Assembly: GCF_009914755.1 (NCBI RefSeq)
Contig: NC_060926.1
Strand: one strand, 5' to 3'
Source of the DNA: the human T2T-CHM13v2.0 reference genome, Homo sapiens
DNA length: 64,000 nucleotides
Positions 15,033 through 29,995 of the stretch are shown here, piece after piece (position 1 is the stretch's first letter; each line of letters starts with the position of its first letter). Below the pieces are notes generated by a model. The model worked only from the letters and a program-made list of their open reading frames with translations. It made no database searches and had not been told where the DNA came from. A program made the position numbers and the translations under genes.

Positions 15033-15518
15033 TGCGTAAGTCAGGGTTCTCCAGAGAAACAGAACCAATAGAAGATGTGTGTATAAAATAAAGAATTGGC
15101 TCACATGATACCAAAGCGGACAATTCCCAAGATCTTCAGGGTAAGCCAGCAAGCTGGAGACCCAGGAGAGCCGATTTGTTATTCTAGTGCAAAGGCCCAG
15201 CAAGCTCAAGACCCATGAAGAGCTGATGTTTCAGTTCAAGCACAAAGACAGGAAAAAGAAATGTCCCAGTTGAAAGGTAGTCAGGCAGGAAAAATAATTC
15301 CCTCTTACTTGGGAGAGGATTAGCCTTTTTGTTCTACTTGGGCCTTCAACTGATTGGATAAGGCCCACCACATAAGAAGGCACCATCTGATTTACTCAGT
15401 TTACCAATTTAAAAGTTAATCTCATCCAAACACACCTTTATGAAAACACCCAGGATCATGTTTGACCAAATATCTGGGCACCCGATGGCCCAGTCAACAT
15501 ATGAAATTAACCATCACA
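15033..15518 (-). mobile_element. MLT2 (ERVL) solo LTR
   Basis: agtcagggttctccagagaaacagaaccaata...ccttcaactgattggataaggccc...aaattaaccatcaca. Confidence 0.85.
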
Positions 15519-16402
15519 GTACTTAAGGAGATAGCGTTTGTGGCACACAGCAATGATTAAAGAGCCAAAATGAAGGGAGAACATTTTCTAATTCAAACAC
15601 AATTTTTATACCTCCTTCGAATAAACACATGATGAAAGATGGCTTATTTAAGATAAAGTCAAGAAAGCCACCTTGCTACTAATCCCCCACCTCAAGCTTG
15701 AAGAGACATTATTATTACTTAGAAATGAATCTGGTGTTTCAAAATGGCTTTCCCAATATGTTTCTGATGTAAACTCCTCAAATCTTATGGAAATGGTCTG
15801 AGAACAATTCTAAATCCATTTCCCAGATGAGGCAAAGGAGGCTCAGGGGGTGGAGAGGGAAAGTAGCTTGTCTAGGGTCATACTCTTTGGAAAACAAATG
15901 TGCCTGCATTTTTAAGAACTCAGGAGAATGCCTTTAATGCCCCCTCTCCCCACATTCTTATTATATGGTGTACCTTCCACCTGTAGAAATGATGGACATC
16001 CTGGTTGATTAAAGAGTTGACTCAGCAGCAGGGAGAAAGCAAGGGTTTTGAGGGAATGTTTTTCAAGGGGGGACTTCAGCAGGTGTGCCCTCATTGAGGT
16101 AGCCCATTTCTAGACATTTGGCCCTGGCTCTGGATCCTGGGAGATTCCTTGATATTTGGGTGGCATGCAGGGCACTGTGGGTGACCCATCCCCTTCCACG
16201 GGGCTTTACTACTTGAGCATGTCCAACTGCCGGCAGCCATATCTCTTTGCCCAAAGGTAACAGCTCCAGAAGCAGCTCAGGAATAATCAGTGATGGGAGG
16301 TGGAGATGGATACCCAGCTCCCTCATTCCTCAGGTGAGAAAACTCTTGAGACTCGCATTCTATACTCCAGCATTTCCCACAGGCTAAGCTAAAGTTGTAG
16401 CC

Positions 16403-16535
16403 AGGCTGAAGACATGTGTCTGTGGCATGCACAGTTAAACAGGGCTTTGTGACCTGCTGCTGCTGTCTTGAAATTCTAACAGCTTTTGAGCAAGATATTC
16501 TGCATTTTATTTTGCAAATTATGTATCTGGTCCTG
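16403..16535. mobile_element. MER45-like hAT DNA transposon remnant
   Basis: ctgcattttattttgcaaattatgtatctggtcctg resembles the MER45 end. Confidence 0.5.
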
Positions 16536-17909
16536 GTGGTAGCTGGCATGATAACATGTTTTTATTGGCTGGTTTCTCTTCTCTGTCTGACTTCCCCTAT
16601 CGATCTTTCCTGTACTTGCTGATAACTTACTTGCCCTTGAATTTTTGTTACAGCAAGTACTTCTGGAAGACCCCAAACTAGACTGTTGTAAATGTCATTA
16701 TAATCCTGAATAACACTGTAAATAATCAAACAAAGCCACCTACTATTTATTCAAGCAAGACAATAATGCACATGGGTTGACTAGTCACCCAAAATAGTCA
16801 TGTTTATATCTTCTGTCATTACCATACCTCATTTTAATATCCAAGGGGTTTATTAGGAAGTAATAACCAACTAAGCTTCCCAACTCCTCTGCACTGCAGA
16901 CCAAATGCTCAGGGGAATCCAACATGCAAATCACTCCCTGAAGAAGTAGGGCAATAAATAGCAGCAGAGTTGACATTTCAACAATGGCTCTGCATGCCAT
17001 CTGTTTTAAAGAAATTATTTGTCTTTGCCAGCATGTCAAGAAGAGTAAGTTCACATAATTTGGGAACTACTAAGGCACGTAAATTCTTGATTATTTACAA
17101 TGACAGGATTATCTATAGACATCAAGTCTTTTTGGTAATGTCCAAAGAATGTTTTTAAAAAACAGGCCAGGGAAATATGAACTTTTTGTAGAGTCCAATA
17201 TTGAGGCAAGATATTAGAGTGATTCAGTCTTCAACTAAAGTTTCAGAAAATGATGTAAAGAAGAATTCTAGTTCAGAATCAGATTGGATAAGCTCATCAA
17301 ATGGAAAGCCCATGTATTCTCCATTTTTATAGCCCTAGGGTTCAGCACAATGCCTGGAATGAAGTCAATGCCTAATAAATATTTAGTAACTGAAGTGAAC
17401 TTGGTTTATGGCTGTGCCTTGAGGTTTGAGTACCAGAAAATGAAACTGACTCACTCCTACCTGTGGAGCAGCTAGCATTTTTCCCATTAGCTCCTTCTTA
17501 CTGGCTGGAACCTAACTATTGGGCAAAGCCCCAGGCCATGAGGACAATCTGGGAGGAAGAGGATGAAGGCACTGAATGGGTAGCAAGTTGAAGTGAGATA
17601 TTGCATGTGCCTGGTGGTTGTGGTTTAGGCACCTGTAGTAAGAGGGGATCCCCTGCTTGAGAGTTGGCTGGAGAAACAGAAGGTCATCTTAGGCCTTTCT
17701 CATCATGTGTGAGGCTCATGGCCAGGAACTTTTAAGACTAAGTTCATCCATCCTTAAGGCAGTCTATTCGTCAATATGAACCCTGTTACCAACTCATGGT
17801 GAATTACGGGCAAGGCACAATGCTTTTTTATGCCATGACTTCTGCATCATTCAGAAAGATTATATCTAGCTACCTTTACCTCAGACAACCCTTTTTAATA
17901 ATAACTATA

Positions 17910-18215
17910 GGCCGGGCATGGTGGCTCGTGCCTGTAATCCCAGCACTTTGGAAGGCCAAGGCGGGCAGATCATGAGGTCAAGAGTTCAAGACCAGCCTGA
18001 CCAACATGGTGAAACCCCGTCTCAACTAAAAATACAAAAATTAGCTGGGCATGGTGGCGCGCGCCTGTAATCCCAGCTACTCAGGAGGCTAAGGCAGGAG
18101 AATCGCTTGAACCTGGGAGGTGGAGGGTGTGCAGTGAGCCGAGATCGTGCCGCTACACTCCAGCCTGGGTGACAGAGCGAGATTCTGTCTCAAAAAAAAA
18201 AATGCTAAATGGCAA

Positions 18216-18244
<29 letters not shown>
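17910..18244 (+). mobile_element. AluS with an (AAT)n microsatellite tail and 13-bp TSD AATAATAACTATA
   Basis: Full Alu; TSD at 17897-17909 and 18245-18257. Confidence 0.95.
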
Positions 18245-18254
<10 letters not shown>

Positions 18255-20074
18255 TATAATAATAATGAAGATCGATGCTTGAGTTCCTGCTAGCACCTGG
18301 AATGGTATCAAACACTCAGATGCAAAAGCACATTTAATGCTCTCCATAATGCTTTAACTATCATTAGTAGTATTATCTCCATTTGGCAGATGAGGAATTG
18401 GGGCTCAAAGAGGTTCAGGAACTTGCTCAGTTCCTTGGCAAAGGGAGAACTGGAGGAGGCCTGTGTGACCATAGCACCCAGGCTGTGAGACTGTTGCAGG
18501 AATCAATGAAAACACACTCAAAAATGCAAAACTTGAGGCAAATACATGCTGGTAACATTACCAACAAGGTCTAAGTTCTGTCCAGAAATAGCTGGATAAG
18601 CTTTGCAAATTTTCTAGTGTACTTAGGTCCGATGACTGAAACATTGTCTCCCCACAGAGCCTTAGGAAATGGGAACTTGAAAAGGGCAGACATTATGAAG
18701 TTCAGGTAGTACACCTACCTCCCTCAAAAAGTTGCAGAAACTTGGGCCAGGGAAAAGCATTAGAGTGTATCTAGAATAACCTCTCTCTGTGGTTGAGGAG
18801 AGTTAGACACGCAGAGAGACAGAGATGAAGCATTTTGACAGAACCCAAAACTATGCTTTTGATTCCTCCCTGCCCCACCACCAACATTCATTACCATATT
18901 ACCCTGTCTCTCCAACAGTTTTAAATCTCCTTAGAAAAACCTGACTCAATTAAAACCCAGAAAATAAGTTCTTTTAAAAAAAAATTTAGGTTGTATAGGA
19001 AAGGGACTGATTTATTTAAACATGTTTTGAAGCAGAATTATAGATAAATACTTTGAGACCAGGAAAACATTTTGACTGGGTCAATGGTGAGGGGAAATGA
19101 CATCTTTGGAAATGCGACACATTCATTTGGAAGCAGGGCGGCCAATGCCCACTCCAAATATGTTCTTGTACACTTAGGATTCCTTCCAAATGGCCTCTGA
19201 AGGTAGAACTCAGGCCTGAGTTTTCAAATGGGCAGAAACTCACTTTAAAATATATTTCCCCTCTGTTTGGGAGCTGACACAATGGAGTTACAGGCAGAGA
19301 CGGTTTATCACCACGGCATGAAAGTCTCTCTTCAAATTCCTCCAGCTTTTATAATCAAACAATAACATCGCCAGAGTATAGGTTTTAGCTACATAAGAAA
19401 CATATTGGAAATTGATTCAATGCTCCTGGCTTGGCTGTAACAATGTTTCATAACCTAGTAACCTCTCAGCTTGCTCTTCCCCCTTCCTGAAAAGCTTTCA
19501 GCTGCAAGAAAGTGGCAAAGCAAAGATAAAGAAAACATCATCCTTTTATCTGATCCTGTGCAAAATGAGTGGAGCAGACACTGTACCAGCGATAAGATGA
19601 TTGCTAAATGACTCTTCTCACATTCTATCGATGGGCTGATGAAAGAAATTAAGACTGACATTGATAAGTTATTTTTCCAGACACTACCGTTTTCAAAAAA
19701 TGAGGATTTCTCTTTAGAAGCAGTAAGCCCTGGTTGCATGTCTATGACTCATTAAAAAGTACCCAGATCAGCTCTACCTTGTAACAGATTAACTGGAAAC
19801 ATACATAGTTTTCCTTTCCCTATATCCCATTTTCTATTTCTCTGGCACATCCTCTTTGAATTCATTCAAGCCAAGAACACCCTGTTCTCAAGATCCCTTT
19901 CCTACCTACTTTTCTCAGTCACACATTTCATTAAACAACTCAATTTTCATCTCCACAATTTGCCACAGTCCTCACCCAATTTATCATTCTAGCATTTTAC
20001 ATCTCTCTCAAGCTAATGTATTTCTCAAACATGCCAGATTTAATGGACATATCATTGGGAATCCAGGTGAAACT

Positions 20075-20605
20075 GTGGATTAAAGAAACTGGTGACTAAC
20101 AGGAATTCTTGATGTTGTTTTCCAGGATGGCAGATAAGGAAACAGCTTGTTGAAATCCCCTTGGCTTGCTAAATGGCAAAACGGGCTGAAACTGTTTGGA
20201 ACCAATATAGCTGACTAGAATCTGCACAGAATAGACTTGCTTGCTGGATGAGTGACCTTTTGACATCATAGCTGGAATTTCCACCATATGTTTCAGACCA
20301 ACTCCCCCTGCATTTGCACATGTGACTCATGAAGAGGCATGAAGAGACAACTGCATACACCCTAGGGATTTTACAAACTTCCCCCTTTCCTCCACCAAAT
20401 CACTCGCCAATCCCGAAATCCTCCTCCCAAAATTTCTCCCCTCAGTATACTGCTTTTAGGCTGGCATGGGAGATAGATTTGAGTTAGCCTCCTGTCTCCT
20501 CATTCGGTTGCTTTGCAGTAAACCTTTCTCTGCAAGAGACTGGTGCTGTGATGTTGGGCTTTCCTTTGTGTGGGGGCAAATGAACCCTATTTGGTTTGGT
20601 CGCAC
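20075..20605 (+). mobile_element. ERV1 LTR, MER34/MER39-like
   Basis: gagatagatttgagttagcctcctgtctcct...gcagtaaacctttctct...gggcaaatgaaccc pattern; subfamily uncertain. Confidence 0.6.
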
Positions 20606-21199
20606 TGGTGGAATGAGTGTGTGGATCATTTTCACGGCTGCGGTTTTTCATTAAGTACCTGTGACTGAGTTCTTACAATAGGGACAGTGACTTCCAAGCT
20701 AGATTATAGGGTTTTTGTAAATCTACAAGTCATTTGTTGCCAGCCTTTTAAAAAAATAAATACATGAATCACTGCTGCTTTTCAGTCGCTGATTTTTTAT
20801 TCCCTTCAGGCATAAGAAATCCTAGTTTTCACAGCACCTAAACCACAGACAGTTCAACCTATCTATAATGTCTAGTAAACTCGGAATCATCTGTGGGAGA
20901 ACAGAGGAAAAAAGATGAGAATTCAAGGGTTGCCCACAACCTCTGTTTTTAGCTCCTCCTCTGACACCTGATATGCTTCAGAATGATAACCTGAAACTTT
21001 ATAGTTGTGTTAGGGACATGTCCCTTTCTTTCCCTCTCTCTCTCCTCTTGGCATCTCTCTTGTGATGCCAAAGAGCTGCTCCAAAGGTAGACAGGAAGAG
21101 GACTGGGATGGGGGATGAATGGCACAGATCAGACGAGCAAACCAAAGGCAGGCTGATGTGGCACATAGACGTGTTGCGTTTTGTTTTGGATGGTGTTTT

Positions 21200-24010
21200 T
21201 AACTTAAAAAAATTACAAAATACACTTCAAATACAAGAATGCATATTATCAAATTATTAAATTTAAATCATCAGCATAACCCATCCTAACAACTTTAACC
21301 ATGTTTTTAAATTACTCATGTGCTCCTCTCTGATTACATCCTTCAATCACCACTACCCGTTGATAAAGTAACTATCTTGTTAATTTCATGTTATTAATTA
21401 ATTTGCTGTTTGTTCCTTCTTACCATATTGTTTAGTTTTGCTCACTAAACAAATAGAATCATCCTGTAAGTGTTCTGCTACAATTGGCTTTTTTTTTTCC
21501 AATCAACATTGCTTTTCAAATGAATCTATCATGGTACTTGCAGCTGAAGTTCATTAATTTTCACTGCTGTATAGTATTCCATAGTATAGGTATTTCAAAA
21601 TTTGTCTGTCCTTTCCACTGTCAATGAACATTTGGGTTATTTTCTAATTTTTGCTATGATGACAATGTTACCACAATCACTGTGCTATATATTTCCTGAT
21701 ATACTTGTTAAGGGTTTTTCTAGGGCCATGCCTTTCAAACTTTTTAGACTACTATCCACAGTAATACATTATTTTTTATATCATAAACCAGTACACCTTT
21801 GTATGTGTACCGATTTATAAATGTGACCAAAATGTCACAATATTTTTCCTTAATACTTGTATGACACTCCAATATTTTCACTGGGAAAAAAGAAATAAAA
21901 ACAAAACAAAAGCAAATGCCAAACTTAACTCCCAAATCGATTTCATGACTCACAGATGAGTACAGTTCAAAAAGTCTTTGTTTAAAATATATTTTTTTCT
22001 GTTATTAATACAGCTATACCAGGTTTCTTTTCTTTAAGATTGTGTGGTATTTATTTTTCTGTCCTTTTACTTTCAATTTTCCTGTGTTGATGTTTAGATT
22101 TATTATATCTAAACAGCTATATAGCTGCTTGATAATCTTTGCCTTTTAACTAGAGATTTTAGTCTATGTACATTTATTACAAATCCTCTATGTTCAGATT
22201 TCTACCTTTTATTTTATGCTTTCTAGTTGTCCAGCTTTTCTGTATTTTTCTTTTTTTTCATGTTTTCTTTTGGTTTGTGTTTCTCCTCCTTACTATTTAA
22301 CTTTCCCCCTACTTTTTCTACTAGATGGGAAATTTTATATTTTATTTCTACCCTTAAATTTGTTAACCTAGAATTTTTCACATGCAAATATAACTTACCA
22401 AACTAATATATTAATCATTTTCCTTAACAATATAAGGACATTACTTGCTTAATGCCTCTTCCCACTCATTTCCAGTTCTATTATTGCTCAGGATTTATTT
22501 CTCCTTTGACATATTTAGTAATGTACTTTTATTGTTATATAGAGAGTGTTTACCACTTTCTCTACTTAACAGTTCTTGCATTTCAGATCTTCCTGAGATC
22601 ATTCTTCTCCTGTCTGATGTAAACTCTCTAGAAATTGGTTTAATGAGGATCTACTGGTAGAAAATTTATTATTATTTTTTTCTAGCCTTGGAAAATGTCT
22701 TTGTTCTTGAAGCATAGTTTCACTGAGTATTCACTTCTAGGCCAATAATTATTTTGTCTCAGATACAAATTATATCTTCAAGCACACTGAAGATATAATT
22801 CTAATGTTTTCTGGTTTTCATTGTTTTCAGAAAGAAGTTCACTGACATTTTAATTGTCAGCCCTTACTAGGTAATCTGTATTATATTCTATATTGGATAA
22901 TTCTCAGTTCTGCAGTCTTTGGAGGACTCATTCTGTGTATTATTGCTTTTTTCTGACTCTCACTAATGAGTCATTTTTTCCCCCTCATGGTTTCATTGAG
23001 TTTCTATTGTGAGTTAATTTTACCTGGAACTTCATTTGTAAGTAAAGTTTAGAGTGAGTGCCTTGAGAGAGGATTTGAGATGGGTTCTGCCAGATTCCAA
23101 GGAGTACTGTTAACCTGAGTCTGCATTGTTTTTTAACTTTTCATTATGGAAAATGTCAAATGTACTCAAACAGTGTAATATATCCTCATATACCTATTGC
23201 CCAAATCTTAGAAAATACTAACCTTCTGCCATTCTTATTACATCAGTTCCCTCTTTCAGTTTCTTCTCTGGAGTATTAGAAACACAACTGGGACCCTTTT
23301 GTAATTTGAAGCTGGGGGATTTATGGGACACAAAAAGAGTGAATTAGGTCCCTGAGCCACATGAGTGCAAACTAATGATTCACAATCTTCAGAGGAAACA
23401 TTTTCCTCCTCTTTTTTCCCCCTCTTTTTTCCCCAGCTATTGTTAAGACAGCGTTAAGGCTGAGTCAGGAATTTATTCCCAAAATCTTCCTCTACAGGTC
23501 AGCTTTGAAGTTACTGCCCTTTGGAGTCCAGCTTTATGCCGGGGAGGGGCTTGTGAGTCTTTGATCTAACATTTCACCCTAGTCAGGCCCTTGGCTTTCA
23601 TTATGTCAACAATTTAGCTCCTTAAAACCAGGTTCTGGGTAGGGTGAATGGTGGGGATTTGAGGAACGTTAAAGAACATGGTTTACAAAGTCTGAAGAGT
23701 TTCCCAGGATATGAGACTTCCGGTGTTGAAACCAAGAAAGTCCCAGCACACTGGGACCACTGGTCACCCTAGCTCCAGGCCACTAGAGACTAGCGCATGC
23801 CCCATGGGCAAATGCTGGCTAGGGCATTCTCTTGCTCCTATGGATTCTGGCTTTCTTGCTGTTCCTAGCCTGTGATGAATTCTTTGCCTGCAGCTCAGCC
23901 ATACCTTTAAGAAAATACGTATAATTTTATATTATATCCTATACTTTAGTAGATGTGGCATTCTGTGAGAGGATTTTGAAATTCTAATTTGGCATATTGC
24001 CAGATAAAAG
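21200..24010 (-). mobile_element. Very old L1ME fragments, interrupted by a hAT-Charlie-like MITE (about 21725-21978) and a Blackjack-type MITE
   Basis: T-rich strand with L1ME 3' motifs (ttcactgctgtatagtattccat; aacatttgggttattttc) and ORF2 remnants (atagctgcttgataatctttgccttttaac). Confidence 0.6.
23640..23771. mobile_element. MER94/MER81-like hAT-Blackjack MITE
   Basis: Terminal inverted repeat TAGGGTGA...TCACCCTA and internal aaagtcccagcacactgggacc. Confidence 0.6.
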
Positions 24011-25539
24011 AAAGTCCCTGAAGATTCATTCTTTTGAACTGAGCCCACATTTAAACATATATCATATGTCACATAAGAAATCTAGGATTTTGGCTTCTGG
24101 TGAAAAATGGGAAGACTTGCTACATAGGGCTAGCATTCTTCTATGCTGACAACTGGAGCTGCTTCCCTAGAACAGGTCATGTTCCCTATATACCTCAAAT
24201 CCCCATCATCACTCATGTAATATATGCATGTACATGTCAAGCCCAGCCTGCACCACTCATTGACCTGGGAGCTTTTTTTGAGTTTGTAACTCCTGGCCAA
24301 GCATCTACAAAAGGGACCCTTGGACTCTGGTGCCTGAGAGGTGATCCAAGAAACATCTGGTCATCATTTAGAATTCTTGGGGGGTTATTTAACTTTATTT
24401 CACAGCTACAGAGTATAGTCTTGGTTTGGATGATGATTCCACTCCATCCTCGTCACGCTGCTGAGCAAGGCAGTAGCTTTGAGAACATCCATTTCCTCAT
24501 CTTCAAATAGCGACCATCACACTTAACTTGCAGGGCTGATGTGAGGACAAAACAAGGCAACTTACATAAAACACCCAGGCCAGTGCCCAGCATATAGAGA
24601 GCTCTTAATAAGGAGTAGATAGTAATGTAATATGCATGATTGTCTTACTTTATTCATAATTTTCTGTCACATTGGACAGCTTTCAGGTTTTTGCGCTGAG
24701 GCATACTGCTATCTGACTTTGTTTTGACCCTCACCTACTCCTTACTATGCCATAAGTTACAAACACAGGCTTATACTTACTTTAAGTGACTTAACTGCCT
24801 TTTGGGAAGTTGAAGGAACTGCACAAAATCGGGTCTCTGTATAGCTAGTTCAGTTTCCCCAACTTTGTACTTTAGAGCAATAGGCCTTGGAAATGGGTGG
24901 GGAAAGGGCAAAACTTACTTAATATGTCTCACTGTTGCCTGTTCAGTGGGGCCTTTCCCCTTCAGGTACCTGGGTTAATTCACGCCACCTCGTAGGGCTG
25001 CAGGTCTGCCTCTGGCTCTGGCAGCTCAGCTTCCCGATCTGTAGCACATTACTCTTCTCTTTCTTAAACATCAAATCCTTCCTTCTACCACTTCTCAGTT
25101 CCATGGCAAGAAAAGATACCAGCCCCATGGCTCATTCTTTTAGGGTCTGGGGGTACTAATCTGAGAAACACACGGCTGCTATCAGCCAGTGATGCTCACT
25201 GTGTGCCTTTCCGGAGATCACCTGTATCATAACAAACCACTGGGGACTTTCACTCAAAGGAATTGCCAGTGGGTGGGAAATTCAGACATATTCTGGTAGG
25301 CTGGTATGAGAGCTTTTTTTGGTAGGGAGTCCTTTGGCAATCCTTAAATATTCTTGGTTGTCTATCCTTTCATATGAATACATGATTCTATTTATCACAG
25401 CACACCATTGATCAGGGAAGAGTGTTTCATGAGGAGGAAGGTGACTGGTGCGTTTGGTTGGCTTAAAGATAAGTGAGAGAAAATGAAGAAGTATTTTACT
25501 GTAAAAGTCTAAATATGAGCATCATAGTGATCAAAAGTG

Positions 25540-26310
25540 ACGTCTTAACACATAGGTCTTGTTTTGAAAATCTCCATAGTCTATATATTGTCTGTAGGGC
25601 TAAGTTCAAATATCTAAGCTCGGCTTTCAAGGTCTCTACCATCTGGTCCCATCCTACAAATCCAACTGTATCTGCATCTTCTCCTGTGCTCTAGCTAAAC
25701 TGGTCTTTGCAGACTCCCCTACCCTCCAGTGTGCCATGCGCCTTCCAATCTCTAGACCTTTGCTCATGTGGTTTCTCTTGACTTCAAGGACATCTTTCCT
25801 TTTCTGATGAGATTCTATCCCTTAGGACACTCTGCTGCACATCAGAATCACCTGCGGATCTTCAAGAACTACAAATGCTGGGCTTCCATCCCCAGACACT
25901 GTCATTTAATTAATATGGGGTGTGATTTTGGTATCAGTATTTTTAGAGGCTTCCCAGGTGATTCTGATGTACTGCAAAGTTTGGGAAACATTGGACTAAA
26001 TGGCAAATGCTCTTAAACTTCACTGTATTACTTACTTGCACTTGCCTTTTTCCGACAGACAAAAGCCAATGCTCCCAGTTCCACTAAAGCGGGGCTCTGC
26101 ACTCTGCTCTGTGCCATCAGATGTATATAGAACACACGTTTCTCTTATCAGTGATCACAATGCATTTGAATTGTCTATTTGCTTCTCTGCATCCTTGCTA
26201 GACTGGAGTTCACAGAGGGCAGATACTATGTCTTATTCCTCTTTGTATGCCCCGAAGCTGATACAGGGCATAGTTTGCAGACAATGCTCGATATAGGCTT
26301 GTTGAACTAA
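25540..26310 (+). mobile_element. L2 fragments with a nested MER5 (about 25820-25990)
   Basis: L2 motifs (gacctttgctcatgtggtttctc; gcttgttgaactaaat); MER5 motifs cagaatcacctg and cccaggtgattctgatg. Confidence 0.6.
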
Positions 26311-27672
26311 ATAGAATTTAGCTCCCTGGTGCAATCGATAGGAGTAAACATTTTACAGGAGTGAAAAAAATATTTTACAGGAGTGAAAAAGCCATACTTT
26401 TAACACTGTAAGTCCATAATTCTCTCTCTAGTGAAAAAACAGAGGAAAGGAGTCATAGACTAGGATTCAGTATGCTCATAAATACAGAAACATCCACCAA
26501 AGCTTTATTTGGTGATTGTCCCTGCTGGTGAGAAGAAAGCACTCACAAGGAGCAAGCTGACAGTAAAACCAGAGAACCAGCCAGGAGGGAATGAAAAACA
26601 TGGAGGGTGATATGTAATTTTATAAGCACAGGGCTTGGGTTGTAGTAGGCAGTCAATGAATAAATATGAATATTATTATTTTCAGTCCTTGGTCAGAAGA
26701 TATCACATGGTCCTGTTTTCATGGGCCTAACTTCATGACAAACAGAGTTTACATTTCAGGTTGCCTTTGCTGGTTGCAATCTCTCCCTTTTGAGTTTATC
26801 ACTTATAGTTAGTTATAAGTGGGTGAACTCAGTGCAGCCACAGTGGACATTTCCTTGCCCAAGCTACTAATCTACAGTACCTCTTAAATGTTATTTTGTA
26901 TGTCTGAAAATGCAGAAGTAAAATTATCCTGGCAAGTATTACTACAGGATCTGAACCATACAAAATCACACCATCCTATTCCCCATCCAACCATAGGCAT
27001 GATTATCTAAGTAGTTTGGTGCCAGTCTGATAGTAGCCAATAAAACAGTATCTATCAAAGTTATTGAGAACATTTGCACTTCCCACCCACATTTTGTTTT
27101 GATTATCAATAGCTCTTCCTGCCTACAATTAAGCCTAAATGTGTTAGCACACTATTCAAAATGTGACATTCGACTTAAGCAGCCTTCCGCTCAAAAAGCT
27201 GTGACAATCTGGTCAACTTTCTAAGATACACTTTTATTTTAAATATGAATGCCATTTCTTCTACATTAAATTTCTAAATTTTCTTCAAATCTTCTTGGTG
27301 AGGAAATTGGTAATATTCTTGAAATGAGACAGATAATTATCGGGACTTTAATTGATTGGCAGCTACAGTACTAGAAGACCTAATGTCCTATTTAATTTTA
27401 GGGAAAAGATAATTCTAGATGCATTGTATTCCACAAAATATTTATTTGAACATCTACGTAGCTTGTTGGTGACCAATTACGTATTTATTCATACATATGG
27501 TAGTGGCAAATTAATCCAAGTTCAACATATTTTCTCAAAAAGTTACTCAAGGTTAACTGCACATAGAGCAGTGATCGTTCAAATTATGCAAAATAGGAAC
27601 TATGCATAAATCACTGAAATCAATTACATCTTTTCTAACAACTCTTCAAATTTGTTTTCCTATGGATTTCTT

Positions 27673-27963
27673 TCTTTCTTTTTTTTTTTTTTTTTTTTTG
27701 AGACGGAGTTTCGCTCTGTCCCTAGGCTGGAATGCAGTGAGTGGCATGATCTCGGCTTACTGCAATCTCTGCCTCCGGGGTTGAAGTGATTCTCCTGTCT
27801 CAGCCTGCCAAGTAGCTGTGACTACAGGCGCGTGGCACCACGCGCAGCTAATTTTTGTATTTTTGGTAGAGATGGGGTTTCATCATGTTGGCCAGGATGG
27901 TCTCCATCTCTTGACCTTGTGACCTGCCCGCCTCAGCACAGGCATGAGCCACCGTGCCCGGCC
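27673..27963 (-). mobile_element. AluSc-like element with internal deletion and 17-bp TSD TTTCCTATG(G/C)ATTTCTT
   Basis: Alu reverse complement lacking ctcccaaagtgctgggatt; TSD on both sides. Confidence 0.93.
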
Positions 27964-28369
27964 TTTCCTATGCATTTCTTAAATGATAGTAAGAATTTGC
28001 ATGTGTTCTCTTAGCACAGATCAACTGAAGTTAGAAGGAGATAACCTTGGTAGGGGGCTGGCTGCAGGCTGAGATGCTAGATGTCCCTAATACCCATTAA
28101 CTCCTTCTTTCAGAGTTAAGAGAACCTCTATTTTTTGCTGGACATATGGCTACCTTCCTCAAATAATGTTTCCTATCCTATGTGACCAAGCACTGGCCAA
28201 TGGGATGTTAGCAGAAAGGATGGGGCAACTGCTAGGAAGTGTTCTTAAAACGATAAGCCATGTCCTTCATCATCCTCCCACTTTTTGGAAAGTGGACATA
28301 AGGGGTGGTTTTTCAACAATCATCCTAGACCATGAGGTAACTTCGGGAATGAAAATCATGAGGAATGTA

Positions 28370-28741
<372 letters not shown>

Positions 28742-29385
28742 CTATTAGCTTGGACCACCTCCCTCTGGGCTTTCATGTGTGACAGCAAGAAATTTCTATT
28801 CTTATTTAAACCATGGCACTTTACAGTTTCTTCTAGTCCCATCTGAACCTTATTCTACTGGTAGTAATGGTTAGAAAAATCCAGTCGTGGATTTAAAAAT
28901 CAATGTGGTTTGGAGAATTCAGATGGTTGGATCCACATATGGATAACTACCACTAGACATGTTCTATTAGGGCTTTGATACAATGAAGCAGGTCCCAGAG
29001 TTCCTTTCATTTTGATAAGCACCTAGATCTTGGGTCTTGTTCTCTATAGAAGTGAAGCACTTGATTCAAGAGCCTTTGAGATCTTCCCCTCTTTCCTGAC
29101 CAAAGAAACAACCACAGCCATCAACATTCTGGCATTGGGCCAGGCATTCTCTCCTCTGCTGGGTGAAGAAGCTGCTCTATTTGCTGACTTTCATTTGACT
29201 GTGGTGTAGAGATTCCTTGATAATAACAACTGTACATCATATGACTATTTTATTCTTTCTGTCTCTACCTAACTGCAGATGGGCACATTACCACTGTGGA
29301 TTAGATACTTTATGGTTGGATGATAAACGCTTATAAGAACAACGTCTGTGTTACCAGAATGGCCATTATACATGATGCTCCAAAC

Positions 29386-29995
<610 letters not shown>

